IMG/VR virus record: IMGVR_UViG_2974666281_000001
Location: 1 to 64,000 of that record
Origin: a virus
Lineage: Duplodnaviria > Caudoviricetes
Length of the DNA: 64,000 bases
Strand: one strand, 5' to 3'
This document shows positions 10,013 to 19,350 of this stretch, one piece after another. A program made the position numbers and the translations under genes. Every line of letters starts with the position of its first letter. The stretch's first letter is position 1. The notes under the pieces are model-generated. The model saw only the letters and a list, made by a program, of their open reading frames with translations. It was not told the origin of the DNA and ran no database searches.

Positions 10013-10311
10013 TATGCCACAGTCACCCTTTTAACGAAAAGTGTATCAAAAATTCGTTTGAAACGAACTCGTTCTTCTTCAGAATATCTCACAAATTCAG
10101 TTACGTACTTGTCAAACCACCACCGGCGCGGCTGAACGGTTGTGACAGCTCGCCCGTGTTTTAGTCTATTATCAATAAACTCTTTTTCAAGTGATAAAAC
10201 TTTTTCAGCTGCATTTTTATGATTGAAAATAGTTGTGGTCTCATCATGTTCAAACAGATGTTCATAACCATCTTTATCTTTCCAAACTAATGCATAACCA
10301 TAATGCATCAC
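10012..10311 (-). CDS. dda.1: dda.1 hypothetical protein
   Basis: YGYALVWKDKDGY; synteny. Confidence 0.75.
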   Translation of the reverse strand: MMHYGYALVWKDKDGYEHLFEHDETTTIFNHKNAAEKVLSLEKEFIDNRLKHGRAVTTVQPRRWWFDKYVTEFVRYSEEERVRFKRIFDTLFVKRVTVA

Positions 10312-11003
10312 ATTTTACCTCGGATTAATTGAATCATGTTTGCACTCAAAGGAAGGCCCTTCATGATTTTCTTTTTGTCTAACCATGAAAGATTTTCAAA
10401 TCGAGACAATCCTTTAATTACTATATCATAAGAATGCACAGTTTCTTCAGCTTTAGAAGCCTTAGGAGCTTTCATTACATTAGATACAGACATCAAGCGT
10501 TTGATTTCAGCCTCACCACCAATAATTCGAGCAGTCAAAGCTTTCTTCATTTCTTCGTTGATGCCTTTTTGATTTAAATGAGCCTTACGTTTCTCGATAT
10601 TCGCTTGGATGCGAGCAATAGTTTTTCGAGTGCCTTTAGACAAAGATTCAATGTTGACTTCAGCTTCTTTGGCATCGACTGCACGAACAATCCGCCCAGC
10701 GATTTCATCTCGTTTCTGGATAAGTTCATGAAGCTCAAAATCACTACGCGCTTTATTGTATTTTTGCTTAACTGGGATGACATTGCCTTCGATATAGCCT
10801 AAAGAGTTGTTGAAACGTTCTAAGGAAAGCTTCTCGGACTCTTTATTGTCATTAAAGGGTTCGCCTGAATAAGCACAGTGAGTCTGTGTGACAACGTTTG
10901 TTAGATACTTCAGCGATAGATTAAACTCTTTAGAGCGGCGACTAGCGCTATTGTAAGTATTAACTAGACGGTTAGCAACAATAACTTCCTGTGGTTTAGC
11001 CAT
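10308..11003 (-). CDS. srd: Srd (RpoS degradation / sigma decoy)
   Basis: SASRRSKEFNLSL, CAYSGEPF, LSLERFNN.LGYIEGNV. Confidence 0.9.
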   Translation of the reverse strand: MAKPQEVIVANRLVNTYNSASRRSKEFNLSLKYLTNVVTQTHCAYSGEPFNDNKESEKLSLERFNNSLGYIEGNVIPVKQKYNKARSDFELHELIQKRDEIAGRIVRAVDAKEAEVNIESLSKGTRKTIARIQANIEKRKAHLNQKGINEEMKKALTARIIGGEAEIKRLMSVSNVMKAPKASKAEETVHSYDIVIKGLSRFENLSWLDKKKIMKGLPLSANMIQLIRGKM

Positions 11004-11017
11004 GACAATTTCCTCTG

Positions 11018-11043
11018 TGCTTTAACTTTGATAACGGTATAAT
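11018..11043 (+). promoter_or_regulatory. antisense consensus middle promoter
   Basis: TGCTTTA-13 nt-TATAAT on the plus strand. Confidence 0.55.
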
Positions 11044-11057
11044 GAATCAAGGATTCT

Positions 11058-11087
11058 AGTTTATCACAAACCAGGAGGCTTGTAAAC
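11058..11087 (-). promoter_or_regulatory. early promoter of srd
   Basis: GTTTAC-18 nt-TAAACT. Confidence 0.75.
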
Positions 11088-11089
11088 AG

Positions 11090-11698
11090 TTAGATAGAAA
11101 CAATCTCTAAATGATACATAACATACGCTGGAGCCAGCGGGTCATTTTGTACATCTTCGATGTTAACAATTCTCAATCGTGTTCCGATAGGAAGCATCCA
11201 TTCATCTTCGCCATTCACCATATCTAACTTATCACCCCTCTCATCATTATCTGCATAACTTTCATTGTACATAAACTCAGATTCTGGAGCAGCCAGCAAG
11301 ATGTTCATCATATGCTCTTGATAATTAAACGCTTTAACAGCATTACGTAATGAAAAGATTACTCTTGTACCATAGCAATAAGTCCCAGCAAACTGACGAG
11401 CAGTAGCAAAATCACTACTGAATGATGTAACACGATTGAGCTCGAAAGTTTCACCTACAGCAAGATCTTGGATTTGATATAGAGTTGTTTTAGAGATACC
11501 ACGATACAATTCTACAGGCACGTGTTCAGACAAATGTCTTGAAACAACTTTGGATAAGTCTTTGTGAAGGTTACTACAAGTCTTGTCGTTCATACACTGC
11601 CAAAGCAAAGATTGCTCATAGTCGCTGAACATAGAGTTAACAAGTTCTTCGTAGTAAGCTTGATTTTCTTCAGTGTATTCAACTGTTTGATACAACAT
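11090..11698 (-). CDS. Mod-family ADP-ribosyltransferase (single modA/modB-like copy)
   Basis: EQSLLWQCM, LYRG, VTSFS and GEDEW (R-S-E ART triad). Confidence 0.9.
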   Translation of the reverse strand: MLYQTVEYTEENQAYYEELVNSMFSDYEQSLLWQCMNDKTCSNLHKDLSKVVSRHLSEHVPVELYRGISKTTLYQIQDLAVGETFELNRVTSFSSDFATARQFAGTYCYGTRVIFSLRNAVKAFNYQEHMMNILLAAPESEFMYNESYADNDERGDKLDMVNGEDEWMLPIGTRLRIVNIEDVQNDPLAPAYVMYHLEIVSI

Positions 11699-11723
11699 GA
11701 TAGTCTCCTTTTAGTTCGAGAAG

Positions 11724-11753
11724 ACTATATCATGTTGAAATGGAGATGTAAAC
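11724..11753 (-). promoter_or_regulatory. early promoter of mod
   Basis: GTTTAC-18 nt-TATAGT. Confidence 0.8.
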
Positions 11754-11947
11754 TATGCCCAGGGAGCCCAAGGCGGCGGGTCTTTAAAGATAGCTGCTAG
11801 TTCATTAGCAAATGATTCAGGAATTTCGATATCATGTTTCTGAGCCAGAACAGTGATTTCAGAAGCAATATCATTTTCAGAACAATTTGCTTCTGGCTTA
11901 GGGTCTGGAATGACTAGCATATCGAATAAATCCATTATAGATACCAC
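11753..11947 (-). CDS. modA.2-like hypothetical protein
   Basis: C-terminal DPPPWAPW; synteny. Confidence 0.7.
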   Translation of the reverse strand: MVSIMDLFDMLVIPDPKPEANCSENDIASEITVLAQKHDIEIPESFANELAAIFKDPPPWAPWA

Positions 11948-12031
11948 TCGTTTTCTTTATACTGGGTGTAGACTTGTCCGATCTTAAATGCTTCTAATCT
12001 TAACAATTCATTTGAACGAGCAGTACAAATT

Positions 12032-12280
12032 TTAATCTTGTAAATTTTTGCGCTTTCCACAACATACACCTTCTACATAATCAGGATTTTCACGGAAGAA
12101 GTCGTCAGATATCTTCATTAAAGCTGGCGCAGCAATAGTTAAAAATGCTGCAGCCTTCATACCTCGATACCACATATCAAAATGTGTTTTCTTTAAAGGG
12201 CTTTTGTACGTAGGCCTATCATACTTAGTCGCAGGAACCGCCACCACTGTCACATGAGCCTGAGTCATAAGAACCACCAT
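12032..12280 (-). CDS. hypothetical protein
   Basis: ORF in gene-dense run; start uncertain. Confidence 0.55.
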   Translation of the reverse strand: MVVLMTQAHVTVVAVPATKYDRPTYKSPLKKTHFDMWYRGMKAAAFLTIAAPALMKISDDFFRENPDYVEGVCCGKRKNLQD

Positions 12281-12527
12281 CGTTTGAGTGCGAAGAGGGA
12301 CTAGAATAGCCGCCTGTTGATATATAAGTTAAAGGTTGCATATCAACATACCCTGTATCTGAACGTCGCTCAGGCGTAGTTCTACGCTCTTCAGGGCGTC
12401 GGATAACTTCTTCCATCATACCATCACCCACATAAATGTATTCACGTTCGATATCATTCGCCGAAATAGGAATCATACCTTCACCTGGTTTAGTAGGCTT
12501 GAACAAATCTTTAATCCACTGAATCAT
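12225..12527 (-). CDS. hypothetical protein with Ser/Gly/Asp-rich tail
   Basis: GAGGAG SD; middle promoter TGCTTTT-11 nt-TAGAAT at 12546-12569. Confidence 0.65.
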   Translation of the reverse strand: MIQWIKDLFKPTKPGEGMIPISANDIEREYIYVGDGMMEEVIRRPEERRTTPERRSDTGYVDMQPLTYISTGGYSSPSSHSNDGGSYDSGSCDSGGGSCD

Positions 12528-12570
12528 ATTTTTCTCCTCAATGATATTCTATCATCTCTATAAAAAGCAA

Positions 12571-12594
12571 AAATGGGAACCACAAGGGTTCCCA
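12571..12594 (-). terminator. soc terminator
   Basis: TGGGAACC/GGTTCCCA stem followed by a U-run. Confidence 0.8.
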
Positions 12595-12599
12595 ATAAC

Positions 12600-12848
12600 T
12601 TATGCGTCATCTTCCGGTGCAGGAGTTGCTTTAAACATTTCTTCGTTAGCAGCAATCCACTCATCTCGTTGAGTCACTTCAAACACAGTAGCATAAGCAG
12701 CTTTCTCTGAAGGGAACGTCTGGTAATGAGCATTAGCGATACGATGAACATCTGAGTACAGTTCAAAGGCAATAGAAACTTCTTTACCTTTTACTTCGCC
12801 TTCAGAAGTAGTATGATCGAAAGTTTTGATGTTTACATAACCACCCAT
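12600..12848 (-). CDS. soc: small outer capsid protein Soc
   Basis: GGYVNIKTF..EVSIAF.LYSD.HRIANAHYQTFPSE. Confidence 0.92.
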   Translation of the reverse strand: MGGYVNIKTFDHTTSEGEVKGKEVSIAFELYSDVHRIANAHYQTFPSEKAAYATVFEVTQRDEWIAANEEMFKATPAPEDDA

Positions 12849-12879
12849 AGTTTTCTCCTTTTAGTTTAAACTACAGGTG

Positions 12880-12887
12880 TATTTATA
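12880..12887 (-). promoter_or_regulatory. late (gp55) promoter of soc
   Basis: TATAAATA. Confidence 0.85.
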
Positions 12888-13409
12888 TCAATAACCTTGG
12901 TCTTGTCGAGCGAAGTTTTCCGCATTTTTTAGGTAATACAGTTTGAAGATTTCTTCAGCGTCCATACCTAAACCTGCGAACATATTCAGAACAAAATGCA
13001 GAATATCTATCATTTCGAATTTGATTTCGAGTTGGTCTTCGTGGGACATTTCAGAAATTGGTTTACTTTGGGCTTCCGAATAACGAGATTTCCATTTTTT
13101 CCAAACAGCTGAAGCATCTTTATCGCCGCGATGCATTTCGCCTAATGAAGTAATAAGTTCACGGAATTCGTCATCGATGCAGTCTTTTTGTTCACGAAGC
13201 CAGGCAACAACTTCACCTGCGGTTTTCAGCTTATCTGGATGATAACAAATTTCTGGTTTGTCATTAGCAAGACGAATCTGCAATGACTTCTGCATATCGA
13301 TCATTGTCTGTAGTGGGTCACCACCTACAGAACGAACAATACCTGCATAACGAGCTTCAGCTACATCAGAACCAGAAATCAATTGAGAACATTCATTAAA
13401 GTGAGCCAT
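12888..13409 (-). CDS. 56: dCTPase/dUTPase gp56
   Basis: MAHFNECSQL, DPLQ.M.DMQ..LQ, DDEFREL, FE.IDILHF, KNAENFARQD.GY. Confidence 0.95.
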   Translation of the reverse strand: MAHFNECSQLISGSDVAEARYAGIVRSVGGDPLQTMIDMQKSLQIRLANDKPEICYHPDKLKTAGEVVAWLREQKDCIDDEFRELITSLGEMHRGDKDASAVWKKWKSRYSEAQSKPISEMSHEDQLEIKFEMIDILHFVLNMFAGLGMDAEEIFKLYYLKNAENFARQDQGY

Positions 13410-13418
13410 TATTTTTCC

Positions 13419-13754
13419 TTAAAAGTTATTATTGTAACGTTCGTAAATACCGGTGTTGTTAATTGCATCTTTAATCAAGTTAGTGAAAAGATCGCAATAA
13501 GCTTTTTTATTCAGGTTGTAGTCCCAGTAATCATCAGTTACATCGCGGTAAATACCGATAGCATAACCTGAGTCGTCAGGACGACCATTAAGATTTTCAT
13601 ATTCAATGAACAAGAATTCATCTACAAAATTGATTAGAGCCTGGTTATTAGTTTTAATGAATCGACCCCAACCAGACCAAGTACCCTGGTCAGGCCTAAG
13701 AGAGCGAAGTTCAGCATAAAAAGCATCTTTATCAATAGTAAATTTTACAGTCAT
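13419..13754 (-). CDS. hypothetical protein
   Basis: ORF. Confidence 0.6.
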   Translation of the reverse strand: MTVKFTIDKDAFYAELRSLRPDQGTWSGWGRFIKTNNQALINFVDEFLFIEYENLNGRPDDSGYAIGIYRDVTDDYWDYNLNKKAYCDLFTNLIKDAINNTGIYERYNNNF

Positions 13755-13799
13755 ATCAAAACCTTTATTTGTAATCAGAAAGTAATTATATCATTTGAA

Positions 13800-14084
13800 T
13801 TATGGAGCAACATAGCCAAGTCGTTCAGAAATTACTTTGAAATGTTCAATTTTGTCAATCTTAGTCCTAATATGATATTCATCAGGCTTGAATTTAAAGT
13901 CCGAATGTGCTTTAAGATATTCAATACAAGCCAGAACATCTTGGAGTTCGAAATACAGACGTTCACGATTAGTTTCACCATTATATTCTGAATCCATACC
14001 GAATTGGATTATTTTAGAACATACCTGGGCTACTTCGTTACATTCTTCGCCTAATTTGATTAAAGCGTGCTGACAGCTATTCAT
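13800..14084 (-). CDS. MazG-like pyrophosphohydrolase
   Basis: KLGEECNEVAQ...FELQDVLA motif. Confidence 0.7.
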   Translation of the reverse strand: MNSCQHALIKLGEECNEVAQVCSKIIQFGMDSEYNGETNRERLYFELQDVLACIEYLKAHSDFKFKPDEYHIRTKIDKIEHFKVISERLGYVAP

Positions 14085-14428
14085 ACAACACCTCTTACTG
14101 ATTTGATAGATTCAATAATAATTTTGAAGTTTTCAGGAATTTCATAATTAGAAATTTTCTTATCAAAATGACTTTGAATACTAGCGTTACCAGATTCTAC
14201 ACATACTGAAAGATAGCTCTTTGGAGTAGACCCTTGTAGAGATTTTATTTTAGAAATAGCATCACTACGAATAGCATCATCTACACGAGATAAAAGAATA
14301 GAGCACAAATCATGAGTAGATAGAGTTTTAGCTGCTTTAAGCAATTCAAATTTAGACAGCTCTACTTTAACATCTGTTCTTTCTACTTTAACAGCATTAA
14401 CTGTAACACTTTGATCAAACTTTTGCAT
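14081..14428 (-). CDS. hypothetical protein
   Basis: ORF overlapping the primase stop. Confidence 0.6.
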   Translation of the reverse strand: MQKFDQSVTVNAVKVERTDVKVELSKFELLKAAKTLSTHDLCSILLSRVDDAIRSDAISKIKSLQGSTPKSYLSVCVESGNASIQSHFDKKISNYEIPENFKIIIESIKSVRGVV

Positions 14429-15437
14429 AACGACTTAACCTCATTTTGGCCATTAGGCCCTGTTCAGTGTTGTTCTGAATATAATTCATAATTTCTTCAG
14501 CAGTTGCGCCATCATCTTTAATCATATCGTTGATGTCTTTAGAATTCCAAGGAGCTTTATCCCAGAAAACTATACGTTCACCTGCTTCAATGAGTTTGTT
14601 CATACGCTTAATTGTATCCGGATGACGTGGTTCATTATCCATAATCCAGACACGGTTGTCTTTATAAGGCACAACATTTAAATCAAGACTACCACCAGTA
14701 ATTGCAATAGCATTATCAATAAACAAACTGTCTATTGGACCTTCCATGACGTATACATCTTTACGTTCGTCAACTGTATCTGTTCCATATATCTTGGTAG
14801 CTTGCGCATGTGCTTTAATTGTGATGTACTTTTGAGGTGCATCTTTTCTGAGAGCTCGCCCTTGGAATGATTCGATTTCCTTGTTTTTGTTGAAGATAGG
14901 AATAACCAAACGTGGTTCGTTCTTTTCATTCGCATAAGTCCCAGGATTAACTGTGTTAACTAGAGCAGGCCACTTCATTGTAAACCATAATCTGTTCCAG
15001 CGTTTCTTAGGAATACAACGGTTTTCTACATACTTCACAATCGGGTGGTCTTCTGGTAATCTATCAAGACGTTCACAAAACTCTAATTTTTCAATTTTAG
15101 GAAGTTTAGCCTTGAACAAAGGTTCTTCTTTCTTTTGAACTGGTTTTTCAGAAATAGCAGATTTACGTTTATCAAGTAGATATTCTCGATAAAGAGGTTC
15201 ATCATAGTCTTTAAGATACTGTGAAAGCCATGAATCATAATCACAGTTAAAACAATGGAATCTTACCCCGTCATTTGCAGGATAAGCCCAGAAGCGAGCC
15301 TTATGCTGGTCACGAAGTGAGTCACCACAAATTGGGCATCTTGCGTTTAATTTAAATTCTGAACCAGTAACACGTCTGAATCTTGGTAATATACTAAACA
15401 CCCGTTCAGCATATTCTCTGTCAACCCATGAACTCAT
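14415..15437 (-). CDS. 61: DNA primase gp61
   Basis: CPICGD..CFNC zinc finger, EGPIDSLF, DNEPR, KDIND. Confidence 0.96.
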   Translation of the reverse strand: MSSWVDREYAERVFSILPRFRRVTGSEFKLNARCPICGDSLRDQHKARFWAYPANDGVRFHCFNCDYDSWLSQYLKDYDEPLYREYLLDKRKSAISEKPVQKKEEPLFKAKLPKIEKLEFCERLDRLPEDHPIVKYVENRCIPKKRWNRLWFTMKWPALVNTVNPGTYANEKNEPRLVIPIFNKNKEIESFQGRALRKDAPQKYITIKAHAQATKIYGTDTVDERKDVYVMEGPIDSLFIDNAIAITGGSLDLNVVPYKDNRVWIMDNEPRHPDTIKRMNKLIEAGERIVFWDKAPWNSKDINDMIKDDGATAEEIMNYIQNNTEQGLMAKMRLSRYAKV

Positions 15438-15482
15438 AGAGCCTCCTATACTAAAATGGGCCTCATTTAGAGACCCATAATA

Positions 15483-15956
15483 TCACAACTTTTCAAGATT
15501 AATTTTCAAGCGCTTACGTTTAGTTTTACCTAAAGTTTTAGGCCCTTTATTAGTGATTGCACCTGATGTTATACCAGACGCGATATTCTCTGCGTCTCCA
15601 CCAGAATCACCTGCTACCATTTCTTCAAATAAAGGAATTGCTTCAAATATTTGTTTTTGTTCTGATTCCGTAATATTATACCGCGACGCTACAGCTGACC
15701 AAGCAGACATCATTGAACCTAATCCAGCTAAACCCGGAACAGTAGTCATCATACGTTTAATAGAACGTACAGATGCATGGAACGGTGTATAAGCTGCTTT
15801 TTCTTCAGGTGAAGATGGGCGCTTTAACACTGAACCTCGTTCGTCAATTATTTTAGCCTCATAAGCCTTCCATTCAGTGAATGGTTTCTGCATAAGTCGA
15901 ATAAATTTGTAGGCGTATACGGTATCAATGCTAGTTTTAAGTGCTGACATAGACAC
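15483..15956 (-). CDS. conserved T4-like hypothetical protein (61.1 position)
   Basis: GGAGG SD; late-like GATAAATA upstream; hairpin terminator at about 15457-15479. Confidence 0.7.
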   Translation of the reverse strand: MSMSALKTSIDTVYAYKFIRLMQKPFTEWKAYEAKIIDERGSVLKRPSSPEEKAAYTPFHASVRSIKRMMTTVPGLAGLGSMMSAWSAVASRYNITESEQKQIFEAIPLFEEMVAGDSGGDAENIASGITSGAITNKGPKTLGKTKRKRLKINLEKL

Positions 15957-15968
15957 CTCCTATCATAT

Positions 15969-16256
15969 TTATCCAAGAATCCATTTGGCTAATTCAGCGT
16001 TATCAAATGTTTCGTCACAATACATGTTGTAGTTTAAGTTTATTGCTTGACCAGGTTTGCTTATTGCAGACATAACTGCTTTCAACGAACCAGGATTATG
16101 AATTTCTACATTCTTGCGGACGTCAGCACGAATTTGGGCTTCCACTTGGGTTTGGTCTTCAGTCATAGACCACTCGCACATATCTTTGTCAAGATTAGCG
16201 TAAGCAGGAGCACAAGAACTAATAGTTAAAGCTAGAGCAACAACGATACGTTTCAT
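15969..16256 (-). CDS. sp: Spackle periplasmic lysozyme inhibitor
   Basis: signal peptide; DKDMCEWSMTEDQTQVEAQI.AD. Confidence 0.9.
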   Translation of the reverse strand: MKRIVVALALTISSCAPAYANLDKDMCEWSMTEDQTQVEAQIRADVRKNVEIHNPGSLKAVMSAISKPGQAINLNYNMYCDETFDNAELAKWILG

Positions 16257-16281
16257 TTTGATATCCTCATTTGTAAGGAAC

Positions 16282-16311
16282 ATAATACCACATCCTTGTG
16301 GTGTTGTAAAC
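16282..16311 (-). promoter_or_regulatory. early promoter (near-duplicate of 27173-27202)
   Basis: GTTTAC-18 nt-TATTAT. Confidence 0.85.
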
Positions 16312-16313
16312 TT

Positions 16314-17744
16314 TTAGAATTTAAGTGATGCAGCTAAGTTATCTAAGTCACTGCGGTCAACTCTAGATTGACGACCTTGTTCAGCTTGTTTTTGCATTGC
16401 ACCAGCTGCTTCGTTCACAGTATTACTTTGAGTAGGCAAATCGTTGTTTTCAACTTCAACCCATCGTTGATTACCTTTCTTAACACCTACTTGGAACTTG
16501 TTAATATAGTTCTTATCACCATAACGAGATTTAATCTGCTTAAACAGTTGGACACCCATTTGAGCAAATTCTTCTGTTTCAATTATGGCTAACATAAAGT
16601 CTGCTGTCGCTGGTAGACCTGCCGATTCTGCTACGTCCGCCATATCAATATCGCTTGCGTCCCATGCGCCACGTCCAACCTGAGCACCAGTCCACAAAAT
16701 AGTGTTAGTGTCGACTGCTAGTCCACGAAGTTCTTCTGCAACCGCTTTAACAATCGCATAGCTGTTTTCGCTAAATTGTTTGATACGAGAACTACCACAA
16801 ATCGCTAAGTAGTCAATAATGATAACATCAGGAACAAAGTTAGCCTTTAACTTCAGTTCATTCAAATACGCACGGAACGTATTAGCATTAGCACCACCAG
16901 TTGGGTACTGTTTAATCTTTAAGCGACCAAGAGAATTATTTGAACGCCATTTTTCCATCTTGGCTTTGTATTCAGCGTAAGAAATGTTACCATCATCAAT
17001 ATCATCTAATGATACGTCAAGAAGGTTTGCATCGATACGCTTAGCACATACTTCCTCTGCCATCTCCATAGAGATATAAAGGACGTTTAGACCAGATTGA
17101 AGATAATCAGCAGCTAAAGAACAAAGACCAAGAGACTTACCTACGTTAACACCTGCCATCAATACGTTAAGTGTCTTACGCTCAGCACCACCTTTAGTGA
17201 TACGGTTCAGTATATTCAAACGGAATGGAATCTTAGCTGTTTTGTTTTGATAAGACATCCAACGTTCTTCATAATCGTCCATCCAATCATGTCCAAGCTC
17301 AGCATCAAAACAGATAGCTAATGCGTCACGCATGATTTCAGGAATAGCTCCTACCCCAGGAAGTTTTTTGTTTTGTTTTTCTAGCGGAAGGTCTGCGTTA
17401 GTCTGGATTTCAATAATACGAGAAGTGGCATTATACATAGCCGCTTTTTGAACATATTTTTCAGTTTCTTTTACTAGCCATTCTTGGTCTTCATTAGTCT
17501 GGGCTAATGTTCCGAGCAGCTTTTTAGCACCAGAAACTTCTACTTCAGATGCAGTACTGTTATCTAAAGCGATGTCTAAAGCATTTTTAGATGGAATACT
17601 AGAATATTCTGATACATGGTCTTTCATAACTTTGAACAAAGTCTGAGCTGGCCCAGAATCGAAATATTCCGCGGCCATATATGGCCATACTTTTGTAAAG
17701 TACTCTCTGTTAAAGAGTAATTGAGCTAGGATTGTTTCTACCAC
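16314..17744 (-). CDS. 41: replicative helicase gp41
   Basis: AGVNVGKS, ISMEMAE, IIIDYL, IKSRYGD. Confidence 0.97.
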   Translation of the reverse strand: MVETILAQLLFNREYFTKVWPYMAAEYFDSGPAQTLFKVMKDHVSEYSSIPSKNALDIALDNSTASEVEVSGAKKLLGTLAQTNEDQEWLVKETEKYVQKAAMYNATSRIIEIQTNADLPLEKQNKKLPGVGAIPEIMRDALAICFDAELGHDWMDDYEERWMSYQNKTAKIPFRLNILNRITKGGAERKTLNVLMAGVNVGKSLGLCSLAADYLQSGLNVLYISMEMAEEVCAKRIDANLLDVSLDDIDDGNISYAEYKAKMEKWRSNNSLGRLKIKQYPTGGANANTFRAYLNELKLKANFVPDVIIIDYLAICGSSRIKQFSENSYAIVKAVAEELRGLAVDTNTILWTGAQVGRGAWDASDIDMADVAESAGLPATADFMLAIIETEEFAQMGVQLFKQIKSRYGDKNYINKFQVGVKKGNQRWVEVENNDLPTQSNTVNEAAGAMQKQAEQGRQSRVDRSDLDNLAASLKF

Positions 17745-17756
17745 TTTGACCTCATA

Positions 17757-18101
17757 TTAAAATTGATACCATTTTTTAGGTTTTATTTCACTTAACGCCT
17801 GTTGAATCTGCATTATAATACATTTTTCAACATGTTCGGCCAGCTCGGCTTTTCGTTCTTCAGACGGTGTTCCAAAATCAACCGTACATTCTCCTTTAGG
17901 AGAGATATTAATCCCGGTCACATAAACTATATGTGGAGTCTCATCAGGGAGGGTAAGCAATATTTCTTGTTTGACATTACCCATTGATTCTTTAATTATT
18001 TTCAAAGACCTTTCAAAGAAACGGGAATCCTCATCAGAGGATTCCTCCATTTTTTCAAAATTACTGAGGTCTTCTAAATCAGCTTCAGTAACATTATTCA
18101 T
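17757..18101 (-). CDS. 40: head vertex assembly chaperone gp40
   Basis: QEILL.LPD.T.HIVYV...DF.T..E.RKAEL..HVEKCI. Confidence 0.88.
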   Translation of the reverse strand: MNNVTEADLEDLSNFEKMEESSDEDSRFFERSLKIIKESMGNVKQEILLTLPDETPHIVYVTGINISPKGECTVDFGTPSEERKAELAEHVEKCIIMQIQQALSEIKPKKWYQF

Positions 18102-18102
18102 C

Positions 18103-19269
18103 TTAACCTGCAAAGTCGTCAAGTTCGGTTTCAATATCAGCCGCTGAAGCTTTCAATGGAACATCAGGTGCTGTGAATTTTTCAACCTTAGAAGAAATAA
18201 GGTCTTCAACTTCAGCGTCAACAGTCGCATTGGAATCAATTGCACCAAGCTGATAATGACGTTTAATGGCATCACGGAATGGTTCATGTTTAAACATAGG
18301 ACCCCAGAACTCAGTTGAACTAGTGTCTTTTGCTCGCCATGATTTTTCTTCACGAACCATTTCACCGGTTTCTACATCAAGAAATTCACGTGAGTACCAA
18401 CCATTTTTAGGTTTAACCACAAAACCTAATTCGAGAGCCATTTCAAGCAAACCGGAATATGGGTCAATACCACCATCAAACTTAACGTCAATAAAGAACT
18501 TAGATTTCTCTTTAACAGCACGAGATTTCTCTGCGTTCAATACAAACTGGAAGCCTTGAAGTTCGGTACCATCTTTAATCTGACGCTTACCAATAATGAA
18601 TACTGTGTCAGCAGAATACATCACACCGGTACCACCAGTCATAACAGTCTTACTGAACATTTCCATAGTTTCTATGGTATGGTTAACCGCAACACAAGGA
18701 ATGTCTTTAATACTGAAGAATGGAGTAACGATACGGAACAGAGATTTCAGCTGTTTAGCACGAGTCATATCAGCTACAGTTTTCTCGTTCAGAGCATCTT
18801 CTGTTTCTTTCTTAGAAGCCATGTTACCGATTGAGTCGATGAAGATAATAACCTTCTCACCACGCTCGATTGCTTCAAGCTGGTTTACCATATCAATTTT
18901 CAGCTGTTCAACTGACTGAATTGGTGTATGGATAACACGTTCCGGGTCAACTTTCATTGCACGCAGATAAGCTTCAGAGATACCAAATTCACTATCATAG
19001 AACAGACAAATAGCTTCTGGGTATTTGTTCATATATGCCGAAACCATCGTTAAACCCATATTAGATTTAAAGTGTTTAGACGGGCCAGCAAAGATTGTTA
19101 AGCCTGATTGCATACCACCATCAAGGGCACCAGAGATTGCGATATTCAGCATCGGAATCTTTGTACGAACTACGTCTTTATCATTGAAGAACTTTGACTT
19201 GGTCAGTTCAGCAGTCATTTTAGAGGTAGAAGCTTTAATCAGACGAGATTTCAGGTCAGCGAGTGCCAT
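18103..19269 (-). CDS. uvsX: UvsX RecA-like recombinase
   Basis: AGPSKHFKS, FYDSEFG, IDSIGN. Confidence 0.97.
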   Translation of the reverse strand: MALADLKSRLIKASTSKMTAELTKSKFFNDKDVVRTKIPMLNIAISGALDGGMQSGLTIFAGPSKHFKSNMGLTMVSAYMNKYPEAICLFYDSEFGISEAYLRAMKVDPERVIHTPIQSVEQLKIDMVNQLEAIERGEKVIIFIDSIGNMASKKETEDALNEKTVADMTRAKQLKSLFRIVTPFFSIKDIPCVAVNHTIETMEMFSKTVMTGGTGVMYSADTVFIIGKRQIKDGTELQGFQFVLNAEKSRAVKEKSKFFIDVKFDGGIDPYSGLLEMALELGFVVKPKNGWYSREFLDVETGEMVREEKSWRAKDTSSTEFWGPMFKHEPFRDAIKRHYQLGAIDSNATVDAEVEDLISSKVEKFTAPDVPLKASAADIETELDDFAG

Positions 19270-19350
19270 TCATTATATTCCATATGTCTCCATTATATTT
19301 TTCTCACAGGTTTAAAGGTAGAGTAATTATATACCCTGGTTTATATAGCG

